A DNA stretch of 64,000 nucleotides, from NCBI RefSeq assembly GCF_902713615.1, contig NC_052170.1, positions 7,426,744-7,490,743 of the forward strand, read 5' to 3'. The notes under the pieces are model-generated. The model searched no databases. It was given only the letters and a program-made list of their open reading frames with translations, and was not told the origin of the DNA. This document shows, piece after piece, positions 12,690 through 24,200 of this stretch. Position 1 is the first letter of the stretch; every line of letters begins with the position of its first letter. This DNA comes from Scyliorhinus canicula (Eukaryota). The translations under genes were made by a program, and so were the position numbers.

Positions 12690-13420
12690 CCGGCCGGCTG
12701 TGACAGACAGCCCGGCCAGCCAATCGGCGGGGCGGCCTCCGCGTGATTGACGTACCGCCTGACCATTGGCATCCTCGGGCTTTGTACACGACGTGCAGCG
12801 GCCGACCAATCCGAAAGGAGAAGCGGGTGGAGCCCCGCCTTCACAACCGGCGGCCCAGGTATCCTGAAACAGAAAATCGAGAGTCTCAAAAAAATGGTTA
12901 AAATAATCCAATCACAACCTTTATATTCTTTGTCTTTCCGAGAACAACGAAAACAAGCGGGTGAAACCCTGAAATGAAAGTGAGATAAACACACATTGGA
13001 GGAAACTACAATCCCCAGAGGGCATTGCGCATCTACTTAGACAACAACATGAATTTATTTTCTTTGCTCCAAGCGAGTTCCATTCACTCATTAAGATGGG
13101 GAATCGCTTTTAGATATTGAGGACAGACCGTTTTCAAAATAATTTTTGATTTTTTAAAAACAATTACACTGGGAGTCTGAGAAACTACAACTCCCGGAAT
13201 GCAAAGGGCGAGGACCCATTTTTAAAAAAAATAATTTGCGCTTCTTTTAAAAATCCCGATTCTGAAGAAAGGGAGAGAGAGGGGAGAGGAAAAAAGTGAC
13301 GGGCCCAGGAAGCAAAAGGGAGAGTTTACAAAACACGTTACCCCTGGAAACGGAAGTGGTGCTGGAGCGGCTTCCGGTGGCGATGGAGCGGCTGCTGGAG
13401 GGGGAAGGAACTGGTAAAAG
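12690..13420. promoter_or_regulatory. Bidirectional CpG-island promoter shared by GPR108 (-) and the DR1-like gene (+)
   Basis: CpG-rich; CCAAT boxes (~12720, ~12806); GC boxes; two ZNF143/THAP11-type ACTACAnnTCCC-like motifs (13005-13025, 13184-13203); ETS motifs CGGAAGT 13351 and CTTCCGG 13371. Confidence 0.75.
13350..13413 (+). other. Putative first (5' UTR) exon of the DR1-like gene
   Basis: GC-rich segment after the ETS motifs ending in CTG|GTAAAA; the DR1 ATG lies 3.5 kb downstream behind acceptor sites; TSS not determinable from sequence. Confidence 0.45.
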
Positions 13421-13523
13421 ATGTGGGCGAGCGGCTGCCGTGCGGGGGGAGCGGCTCCGGAGGGAGTTTGGGGTCTGTTGCTCAGGGGGTCCACCCCCCC
13501 AACCACACACACACACACCACCG

Positions 13524-16232
13524 CCTCAGCAACCTTACCCTCACCTCAGCCTCCCCCCACCCCCCCACCTCAGCCTCCCCCCACCCCCCCACCTCAGCCT
13601 CCCCCCACCCCCCCACCCCAGCCTCCCCCCACCCCAGCCTCCCCCCACCCCCCCCACCCCAGCCTCCCCCCACCCCCCCCACCCCAGCCTCCCCCCACCC
13701 CCCCCCCCCAGCCTCCCCCCACCCCCCCCACCCCAGCCTCCCCCCCCCCCCCCCACCCCAGCCTCCCCCCACCCCCCCCACCCCAGCCTCTCCCCACCCC
13801 CTCACCTCAGCCTCTCCCCACCCCCTCACCTCAGCCTCCCCCCACCCCCTCACCTCAGCCTCCCCCCACCCCCTCACTCAGCCTCCCCCACCCCCTCACC
13901 TCAGCCTCCCCCCACCCCCTCACCTCAGCCTCCCCCCACCCCCTCACCTCAGCCTCCCCCCCCACTCAGCCTCCCCCCCCCTCCTCAGCCTCCCCCCCAC
14001 CTCAGCCTCCCCCCCCACCTCAGCCTCCCCCCCCACCTCAGCCTCCCCCCCCACCTCAGCCTCCCCCCCCACCTCAGCCTCCCCCCACCTCAGCCTATCC
14101 CCCCCCACCCTCAGCCTCCCCCCCCCACCTCAGCCTCCCCACCTCCCCACCTCAGCATCCCCCCCCACCTCATCCTTCCCCCCCACCCTCAGCTCCCCCC
14201 ACACCTCAGCCTTCTCCCCCCCCACCTCAGCATCCCCCCCCCAATCAGCCTCCCCCCCCCACCTCAAGCCTCCCCCCCCACACCTCAGGCCTCCCCCCCC
14301 CCCACCCTCAGCCTCCCCACCCCCCACCTCAGCCTCCCCCCCCCCCACCCTCAGCCGCCCCCCCCCCACCCTCAAGCCTCCCCCACCCCCAACCTCAGCC
14401 TCCCCCCCCACCTCAGCCTCCCCCCCCCCCACCTCACAGCCTCCCCCCCCCCACCCTCACCTCCCCCCCCCATCCACCTCAGCCTCCCCCCCACCTCAGC
14501 CTCCCACCCCCAAAAAAAAAACTCAGCCTACCCCCCCCCACCTCAGCCTCCCCCCCACCACCTCAGCCCCCCCCCCCCCACCGCATCCTCCTCCCCCCCC
14601 CACCTCAGCCTCCCTCCCCCCCCCCCCACCTCAGCCTCCCCCCCCACCTCAGCCTCCCCCCCCACCTCGGCCTCTCCCCACCCCTCACCTCAGGCCTCTC
14701 CCCCCCCCTCACTCGGCCTCTCCCCACCCCCTCACCTCGGCCTCATCCCCACCCCCCTCACCTCGGCCTCCTCCCCACCCCCTCACCTCGGCTCTCCCCA
14801 CCCCCTCACCTCAGCCTCCCCCCACCCCCCCCCCACCCCGGCCTCCCCCCACCCCCTCACCTGGCCTCTCCCACCCCCTCACCTCGGCCTCTCCCCACCC
14901 CCTCACCTCGGCCTCTCCCCACCCCCTCACCTCGCGGCCTCTCCCCACCCCCTCACCTCGGCCTCTCCCCACCCCCTCACCTCGGCCTCTCCCCACCCCC
15001 CTCACCTCGGCCTCGCCCCCCCCCCTCACCTCGGCCTCTCCCCACCCCCTCACCTCGGCCTCTCCCCACCCCCTCACCTCGGCCTCCCCCCACCCCCTCA
15101 CCTCGGCCTCCCCCCACCCCCTCACCTCAGCCTCCCCCCACCCCCTCACCTCAGCCTCCCCCCACCCCCTCACCTCAGCCTCTCCCCACCCCCTCACCTC
15201 AGCCTCTCCCCTCACCTCAGCCTCCCCCCACCCCCTCACCTCAGCCTCTCCCCACCCCCCCACCTCAGCCTCTCCCCTCACCTCAGCCTCCCCCCACCCC
15301 CTCACCTCAGCCTCCCCCCACCCCCTCACCTCAGCCTCCCCCCACCCCCTCACCTCAGCCTCCCCCCACCCCCTCACCTCAGCCTCCCCCCACCCCCTCA
15401 CCTCAGCCTCCCCCCACCCCCTCACCTCAGCCTCCCCCCACCCCCTCACTTCAGCCTCCCCCCACCCCCTCACCTCAGCCTCCCCCCACCCCCTCACCTC
15501 AGCCTCCCCCCCCCCCCTCACCTCAGCCTCCCCCCACCCCCTCACCTCAGCCTCCCCCCACCCCCTCACCTCAGCCTCTCCCCACCCCCTCACCTCCGCC
15601 TCTCCCCACCCCCTCACCTCAGCCTCTCCCCACCCCCTCACCTCAGCCTCTCCCCACCCCCTCACCTCAGCCTCTCCCCACCCCCTCACCTCAGCCTCTC
15701 CCCACCCCCTCACCTCAGCCTCTCCCCACCCCCCTCACCTCAGCCTCTCCCCACCCCCTCACCTCAGCCTCTCCCCACCCCCTCACCTCAGCCTCTCCCC
15801 ACCCCCTCACCTCAGCCTCTCCCACCCCCTCACCTCAGCCTCTCCCCACCCCCTCACCTCAGCCTCTCCCCACCCCCCTCACCTCAGCCTCTCCCCACCC
15901 CCTCACCTCAGCCTCTCCCCACCCCCTCACCTCAGCCTCTCCCCACCCCCTCACCTCAGCCTCTCCCCACCCCCTCACCTCAGCCTCTCCCCACCCCCTC
16001 AACCTCAGCCTCTCCCCACCCCCTCACCTCAGCCTCTCCCCACCCCCTCACCTCACCCTCTCCCCCCCCCCTCACCTCAGCCTCTCCCCCCCCCCTCCCC
16101 TCAGCCTCTCCCCACCCCCTCACCTCAGCCTCTCCCCACCCCCTCACCTCAGCCTCTCCCCACCCCCTCACCTCAGCCTCTCCCCACCCCCTCACCTCAG
16201 CCTCCCCCCACCCCCTCACCTCAGCCTCTCTC
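13524..16232. repeat. C-rich tandem array, ~24-bp unit CCCCACCCCCTCACCTCAGCCTCT, with a degenerate middle
   Basis: Directly visible; source of the spurious ~950-aa Pro-rich ORFs. Confidence 0.97.
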
Positions 16233-16966
16233 CACTTGGAAATAAATATTCCAAGATGCCTCCTGCACAGTAATTTTTTTAATATAATTTGATGTTATGG
16301 CATGCTTATCACAAGCTTGGTTGGGGATGCTAGTTTTAAGAAGGTTGGAGAGGGGTGGAGTGGTTTTGAAGAGTGAATTCCAGAGACCAGGGCCTTGGCA
16401 GGCGAAGACAGGTCTGCCAGTGGTGCAGTGATTAAAATCTTTGATAATCGAGTCCAAATTTGAGGAGTGCTGAGATTTGTGAGGATCAAAAGTTTGGAGA
16501 TGGTTACAGAGATATGGATGAGGCTGGATTTGGAAACCAGGATGAGTATCAACTAAATTAGACTCATCTTTAAATTTGGGTGTAACCCTTAAACCATATC
16601 CCGCTCCTGGAGAGGATCTACCCACTTAACTGAAGTTTACCAAGTCTGTTTATTTTCTTCATGCACCAAGTTTAGCCACATTTCATACTGTTGAAAGTCT
16701 TCTGTGATAGACCATTAGTTTCCTATTGTTGAGACTTTTATGTTTTAATATTTTATATTTTTGCATTTTTCTCCAGGATGGCAAGATCATATTTAATTCC
16801 TACCTTGATCTCTAAACCAAATGTCCTGGAATCCTACCTGATTAAATACTGTTTAGTGTCAATAAATCAGTTTTCCGTGGATTTGGCGCACGCCAATCTT
16901 GTGAGGAGGAATTGCCTTTTTTCTTAGAAGGAACTTGTAACACCAGTTTATATGAAATAAAGAACT

Positions 16967-17189
16967 ATGGCCTCAGCTTCAGGTAATAATGATGATGATT
17001 TAACTATTCCAAGAGCTGCCATCAATAAGATAATCAAACAGATTCTACCCAATGTCAGGGTAGCGAATGATGCCAGAGAAATGGTGGTGAACTGCTGCAC
17101 TGAATTTATTCATTTGATATCTTCTGAAGCTAATGAAATCTGCAATAAGTCTGATAAGAAAACCATCTCACCAGAACATATCATGCAAG
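16967..17189 (+). CDS. DR1: DR1 / NC2-beta-like, coding exon 1 (histone fold)
   Basis: MASASGNNDDDLTIPRAAINK...KKTISPEHIMQ is clearly NC2-beta; donor G|GTATGT, phase 1. Possibly a paralogue rather than the orthologue. Confidence 0.95.
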
Positions 17190-17311
17190 GTATGTGATTT
17201 ACTGTGAGGAAACCACTGGAATTGCAGTGACATTTTGTCCTTGTTTTCAGGCGATAATTGACCTTTATCTATAATTATTTGCCCCTCCTGATAGCTCGCC
17301 TGTGAGACCAC

Positions 17312-18038
17312 TGTTACGAACCACGCTGATGTTAAATGCGAGAATATCCCAAAACCCAGAGGCGTAACATGGTATATGTGGTTTTTTTCTGGTATAATGT
17401 AAGAGACAGTGCAACGCCGTAAGGAACAGTCCAGTCTTGTGAACAATTAATAAAGAATATTTATTAGCTTAAAAGAAAGACAAAGCACATACGACAAGAA
17501 GGTCTTTAATATGCTATGACATTTGAGTATACTGATGACGATGCACACATTTTACTACCCCTTGATTCCCCGACTATTTTACCTGAACTCTGAGACAGCC
17601 ACTTTCCCAAACAACATCTGACTTTAAGTACATCGATGAGCAAAATACAGCACATAATTACCATAACCAGGTTAAGGTGGCTAAGTTTGGGAAATGGTCT
17701 ATAGATTCAGTGAAGGTGGAAAATGGCTGCTTCTTTCACAAGACTTTATGTGCAACATACTGTAGTTCTGATGTTAGTCCCCCCTTGCTCTTTTTCTCTC
17801 TTTTTTTTTTAGTTAGAGAGTTACACTGTTCCTTTACCTTTGTTATTCACTCAGTGGAGTTGGCTTTTGGCAGGTATGTGTCCATTTTGCTATCTCTCAA
17901 CTTTGAAGTTACCACCGCTATAGCCCCATTGTTTTCTCTTTTTTTAATATACTTATTCTCACCATTTAACCAGGGATCTGCCTTTAATCAACTTTTTGAC
18001 TTTGTTTTTTTTTATCTTAATTTTTCCCGATCTTAACA
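17312..18038. mobile_element. Probable solo LTR (family A) in the DR1-like intron
   Basis: TGTTA...TAACA inverted termini; flanks CCAC/CCAG (imperfect 4-bp TSD); no coding content. Confidence 0.55.
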
Positions 18039-18042
18039 CCAG

Positions 18043-18606
18043 TGTTATGGACCAGGGTTTAGAAAACACCAAAATATATCATGGAGTTCACCTGACCTAC
18101 AACTGTTTATAGATTTTGGTTATGAAGAACACAAGGGCCTGCCTTTCAGGTGTTATTCAACAGAGGACTTAAGCACTTTTAAACAAAAACAAAGTTTATT
18201 CTATGAATTCAGTTAACATTTCTATAAACACACACAGTAAGCATTTTTATCAATTACAAGCATAAATACCCCACACAGCTACAGTTCTCTCTATATATAA
18301 CCCTTAATAACTTCCCTTTCTGCTGTTTCAACTTGATAACATCCAATAAAACCAGAAAACCCCTTTTTACCAAAACAGTAGGTTTGAATTCTTTACAGAA
18401 AACAGTTATCACTTCTAAATTATCAAGTGATCTGGACACCTTTTAATATGCAGAAAGGAGAAGCCTTCTTTATCTGAATCCAACTTCCAACTGTAAAGAG
18501 AAAACAAAAGTAAAACTCGAGCCACAGCCAGTTCCCAGCTCAAAATGAAAGTAAAGTTCAGAGCCACATCCCAGCTCCACCCACACAATGACACACTCCC
18601 ATGACA
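18043..18606 (-). mobile_element. Solo LTR (family B), copy 1
   Basis: TGTTAT...ATGACA termini; highly similar to 58780-59387; AATAAA on the minus strand; flanks CCAG/GCAG. Confidence 0.8.
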
Positions 18607-18614
18607 GCAGTCTT

Positions 18615-18900
18615 CAGCTGTGGCTCAGTAAGTAGCATCACAGCCTCTGAGTCAGAAGGTTGTTTGCTCAAGTCACACTTCAGAGACTTAATACAGGCAG
18701 GCCCATCATTTGAGTCCTGAGGCTAGTGCTGCACTCTTGAAAGTGCTGTCTTTCAGGTGCAATACGAGGCTGAGGCCCCTCTTGCATGAACACAAAAGAT
18801 CCCACAGCCACTATTTTCAGAGGAGTTCTCCCATCTCACGTATTTCAAAGGAAAAGGACTTTAAGATGTCATCTCATAACACAATATAATCCAAGTATTT
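18615..18900 (+). mobile_element. Old Deu-domain (SacSINE1-like) SINE; related degraded copies near 2600-2950, 6450-7050, 25560-25850, 40340-40470, 54715-54890 and 61350-61700
   Basis: Recurrent motifs ctctgagtcagaaggttgt, aaagatcccatggcactat and gcagccaatttgtgcacagcaag. Confidence 0.6.
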
Positions 18901-19500
18901 ATTTTGTATGTTGCCAGATAGTAAGGAGCAGGAGGCTATTGAAGTTGGTACGTTTGATGGCCCTACCCCACGTTCCCTACATAATACTCCTTCCAGCTGG
19001 AAGCCAGCATGTGCTTGCAAGGGCCGAGTCTCGTTATAGTGCACTTACTACTTCAGGTCAGCTTAACAGCTGAGACTGAATATCAAACTGTTATTTTAAT
19101 GGATGCCACACTGTAGGTTGGCACTATTTATTGTCCCTGCCTCTAGGTAGTGCCACAAACACAGGACTGTAATAGAATCCTCTGAGCTGCTCTGGTTCTA
19201 GTCTACAAATGACCATGTTAAATCATGAACTTTATTATGTGATGGTACCTTTGGAGTGGTAAAGAACTGTTGCACTCAATGAGAATTCTTGCATTCAATC
19301 AGGAAATTATGTTAAATTCATCTTCAGAATTGTACTGACAATTGTGATTGCAACCAGAGGACTTTTGGATGACACATCCTATCAGCTGGGGTCTGTGGTG
19401 CTGCCAAGCCGCAAGTGCTGTGGGTGACTAAAATTAATAATCTTCACCAAGTCATTATGGGTTTTTCTTTGTCGTCTGCCTTGAGGGCTTGAGTGACTTG

Positions 19501-19815
19501 GGGTGGCACAGTGGCTCAGTGGTTAGCACTGCTGCCTCACAGCACCAGGGACCCGGGTTCAATTCCGGCCTTGGGTCACTGTCTGTGGGGTTTGCACTTT
19601 CTCCCCGTGTCTGTGCGGGTTTCCTCCGGGTGCTCCGCTTTCCACCCACAGTCCAAAGATATGCAGGTTGTGTGGATTGGCCATGATAAATTGCCCCTTA
19701 GTGTCCAGGGATGTGCAGGTTAGGTTATGGAATTGTGGGGATAGGACAGGGTGGACATGGGTAGAGTGCTCATTCGAAGGGCAGAATGGCCTCCTTCTGC
19801 ACTGTAGCGATTCGA
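19501..19815 (+). mobile_element. V-SINE, long subfamily
   Basis: Homologous to the other copies. Confidence 0.9.
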
Positions 19816-20302
19816 TGACTAACGTGACCAAAACACAATGCTGAATTTTAATAGTTCTTTTACATTTGGGTCAAATTGGGCAGTCTTTATTTTTGTTTCA
19901 TCTATTTGTGGCCTCTTGGTCTGTGCACATGCTGTGTGCAGGTGAGCTATTCCCAGGCAATGATTTCTCACTCCCTCGTGCCTCTAACATTCTTCTACCC
20001 CTCCCTTTGTTCAGTGTTGTCAGATCCTTCAGGAGTAGAGGAAATAGGAGTGGGCATTCGGTCCCTCCAGCTTGCTCTGCTATTCAACTGGATCATGGCT
20101 GATCTACCACCTCAGTGCCTTTGCGTTATATAAATAAAGCTGTTGATCTTTGAGCAGTTTTTCCCCACTGAAAGTGCACAAGAAATACTTTGGGTGCAGG
20201 TCTAAGGGGGAGATGAAGAGAACTTGTTGAGATCTGGATACTCAGAAATACTCTTATTGGAAAAGATGTGGAAGATTATTCCACCAATAATACTTCAAAG
20301 GA

Positions 20303-20470
20303 AGCTGCATGGTGGTTAGCACTGCTCCCTCATGGTGCCGAGGACCCAGGATCGATCCCAGCCACTGGTCGCTATCCGTATGGAGTTTGCACATTCTCCC
20401 CGTGTCTGCACAGGTCTCGCCCCCACAGGGTAGGTGGATTGGCCATGCTAAATTGCCCCTTAATCGGAAT
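20303..20470 (+). mobile_element. V-SINE, internally deleted
   Basis: Homologous to the other copies. Confidence 0.85.
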
Positions 20471-21753
20471 TTTTTAAAAAATATTTTAAAAGCAGTTTTA
20501 GGAACTTTCAGGATTATGGAGGGGAAAAACTGGCAGTATAAAATTAAACATCTGCCTCCCAAGGAGTTACGCCAGCTGAGATCTTATGGATATTCTCGTG
20601 ATCTGTGGCATTACCGAGGCAAACAGGTCAGCAACTTATTGTCAAGTCTGCATTAGTACCAGTCTTGGGTGGAAGTCTACGAAAGATTGGGCTTGACTTG
20701 GATATAGGCCTAGCCTGTGGTCTAAAACTGATGACACAGCACACCCATTCTGTCCACAGTTAATTGGATTGAAAAGCAAACCTTCAGAGATGCATATGTG
20801 TCCCCAACGTAGATTACTGGCAGCTGAGGAAAGCCTATTGGATTGTGTTTTACCTGATGACTCACTGGGTTTGCTAATTAACTGAGCAATTCAAAGCAGG
20901 AAAGTACCATGTCGATTGCCTTGAGTATCCCTGGCTATGGCAGGGGCCAGCACAAACCTTAGAATTGTTGCCTGCTAGGTTTGAATACCTGAGATTCAAT
21001 CAGTCATATTACAGAACGTGATCCGTAAATGGATCTGATGCTCAGCAAAAGCCATTTACCATTTGACAGTGTTCATATTGAATCTTATAAGTTGGAAGTT
21101 TGTGAGGGGTCTTCTGACTAAGTTAATTTCCATCTGTCAAATCGAGTGAAGAGTTGAGCTGATCAACATCCACTTCTGCCCAGATTTCTCCCCTCCATCT
21201 TTCTTGGGGTAGATAGTGATTTGGTCTAGTACTGACCAACGGCTGTATGGCTGAAGTAGGAAACATGAAGATCAAATTTGCCTTTCAACTGTCCTGTGGC
21301 TCCACATGTAGGGCCTGTCACCACAAAGTTTTACTAAATGCCTCTAAACTATGACGATAAAAGAATCAGTCAGGGTTCCCACTCGAGATCACTATCTGGT
21401 GACTTCTCCTGACTGTTCATATTGGGATGAGATAGGATGGGCCTGGCTGTACCACCCTCAGGATGCTATATTGACACTTAAGTTCACACATGAGCAAGTA
21501 TTGGAGATAACTGATACTTGTGCAACAACCACAGTTGAAGTCTGTATTCGGGAGAGGCAAAATGCTAAGAGGCAGTGAATAAGAGGAACCTGAAATGGAA
21601 CAGACCTGGTTCTCCATTTAACATGAATCCCGAATGCGGAAAAGAAAAGATTTTGAAATCAGACTGTCGGGTGAAAATTAATACCTCTCAAAAAAGCTTT
21701 TGAGTAACCATGGAAATGTTAAAAGCTTCTTTCTGTGTTTCCTTATACCACAG

Positions 21754-21917
21754 CCTTGGAAAGTCTAGGCTTTGGATCATACATAACTGAAGTAAAGGAG
21801 GTTTTAAGGGAATGTAAGACAGTTGCCCTGGAAAGGAGGAAGGCGAGCTCCCGCTTGGAAAATCTTGGGATACCAGAGGAAGAACTGCTACGCCAACAGC
21901 AAGAGTTGTTCGCAAAA
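21754..21917 (+). CDS. DR1: DR1 / NC2-beta-like, coding exon 2
   Basis: cacag|CC; ALESLGFGSYITEVKEVLRECKTVALERRKASSRLENLGIPEEELLRQQQELFAK; AAA|GTAAGG; 164 nt. Confidence 0.95.
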
Positions 21918-22899
21918 GTAAGGAAATTGCTCCATTTTTGAAAGATATAGCTTTATTACTCCTGCAAGTCACCTCCTGCCCCCCACCCAGCTCCTCAACA
22001 ACGAAGCTGTTGACTCCCTCTTCCCCAACATTCGTCTCTTATAGTAAAATCTGAGTTTGGTGATATCCAATCAATAGTTCTATATTCCTCTTTTCAAAAT
22101 TGGCACTGAGGTATCGTGTACAATTCAGCTGAGCTCCTCGTCTTGGTTGTCAAAAGTGGAAACAAAAGCCATCATAAGGGGTGTTTTTTTTAAAGAAATA
22201 GTATGAAAGGCCCAACAGTTTAATAAATCAGTGACTACTCTCAATACGTGAAATGCAAAGCATTAAACCGTGTAACAAAATCCAGAAAGCATCCAAACAA
22301 CGACACTTTGATTTTGGATTGTGGCCGCTATTCTAAATGCAGTTCCCTTTTAATTCTACTTTCTGTTCAGCAGCCAGACACTCTGGAGACATCAAGCCGT
22401 TATCAGCACCACAAACTGTTGCTTTCTTCCATATTACTCGGATGACTACATGGCTAACAGTGCATCTGCCTTCACCAAAATTGTTAGCTGTGATGTGTAG
22501 TTCTGGACACTGGGGCAGACGTTTTTCCGAATGATTTTGCAGCCTTTGTAAAAACAAAAGTTATGAAACAAACTCGGTGTAATTATTTCTTCCCCATTTT
22601 AGGTTAATGTGCTACACACCATTTCCCAGTTAAGCCTCTGATGAGGTGACCTGCTGTTAACCTCCTGACTGCAGTCCAGCCAACAACAACCATCCCTCTA
22701 ATGCCCCAAACGAACAGAACAACATCCAAACATTTTAGAAAGGCAGATGCTGACTGAATGAGGAGAGGGAGGAGCAAAGAACAGGAAAATAAGTCTAGGT
22801 TGACAGAGTCAACAACCTGATCAAATAAATGGAGCTTTTTGAAGCAGAAAGGGAAATAGTGAGGCAAAGGAATTTTATACAGAATATGGGGTTACCAAG

Positions 22900-23205
22900 A
22901 ATGCTCCGGGTTCCTCCCACAATCCAAAGATGTGTGTGTTAAGTGGATTGGTCATGCTAAATTGCCTTGTAGCGTCCAAACGTTAGGTGGGGTTGCTGGG
23001 TTACGGGGATAGGGTGGGGTTGTGGGCTTAGGTAGGATGAGCTTTTAGACATCAGTGTGGACTCGATGGGCCGAATGGCTTCCTTCTGCACTAAATTCTA
23101 CGATCCTATATAGCACAGGAATGGGCCAATCCGCCTTGTGTCTGCGTGGGCTTCATTCCCACAACCCAACGCTAAATTGCCCCTTAATTGGAAAAATAAT
23201 TATTA
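22900..23205 (+). mobile_element. V-SINE fragments
   Basis: 3' half of the long subfamily plus a piece of the short subfamily. Confidence 0.8.
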
Positions 23206-23456
23206 ATTTAAAAAAAGAAATGGGCAATTCTATCCAACTGCTTCCTGCTGATGCTGTGTTCTATCGAGCCTCCTCCCATCCTTGCTTCCTCTCGCCCTCT
23301 CCCCTCAGGTACTTATCCAGCTTCCCCTTAAAAGCATCAAATAGAGAACAGGGAACAAGAAATAGAAATGACATGAAGTCTGGAGGTGATGACAGCACCA
23401 AGCAGACAGAAGGCCAGCAGACAATTTGACTGCCTGATGCATTTGTTTCTTTAAGT

Positions 23457-23670
23457 AAGTTTAAAATACCCAATTCATTTTTCCAATTAAGGGGCAATTT
23501 GGTGTGGCCAATCCACCTACCCGGCACATCTTTTGGGTTGTGGGGATGAGACCCACGCAAACACTGGGAGAATGTGCAAACTCCACACGGACGGTGACCC
23601 AGAGCCGGGATTGAACCTGGGACCTTGGCGCTGTGGGGCAGCAGCACTAACCACTGCCACTGTGCCGCCC
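23457..23670 (-). mobile_element. V-SINE, short subfamily
   Basis: Homologous to the other copies. Confidence 0.9.
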
Positions 23671-24200
23671 ACTGTACCCATTTATAGACTTTTGGTGCTG
23701 CAACCACCACTGCTGGGGTCGACAAACTTAGCACAGACTGGGGTCAAACATGGGACCTTGTTGCTCTGTGAGGCCCGATTCCACAGTGAAGTTATTCACT
23801 GTAAGCTATAGCCAGGAGCAAGCAAAACAACATGTTCCTCTCTGTGCAACAGACATATATGTTGAGCTTCTGCTTTGCTAGTTGGAATTATGAAAGCAAG
23901 ATCCTGTCATGATGTGAAGGAATTTCAGCAACGATCTCTGACTGACGCACTCCATGCAAATCCCCTGGAGTGTAGTTCAGCTGTCTCTTCCAGGATATGT
24001 AATTCTTCATTGGGGCTAAATTGTCATTCTTGGGTGCAGTGGAGCTTCACAGCCTCCCAATTTTTCTAATCCACTCTGGACCTTTGGGGAGCCTCCTGAT
24101 GAAAATGATCAGCAATTGGCTAGGAGCATTGGTAAGCCTGGCTTCAGGGCTGGGTGAATGCCTCTTGATTATCGGTTTCAATAATTTGATTAATGGCTTT

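Noticed and set aside
13296-16292. ~950-1000-aa extensin-like ORFs in three frames
   Set aside because: Artefact of the C-rich tandem array.
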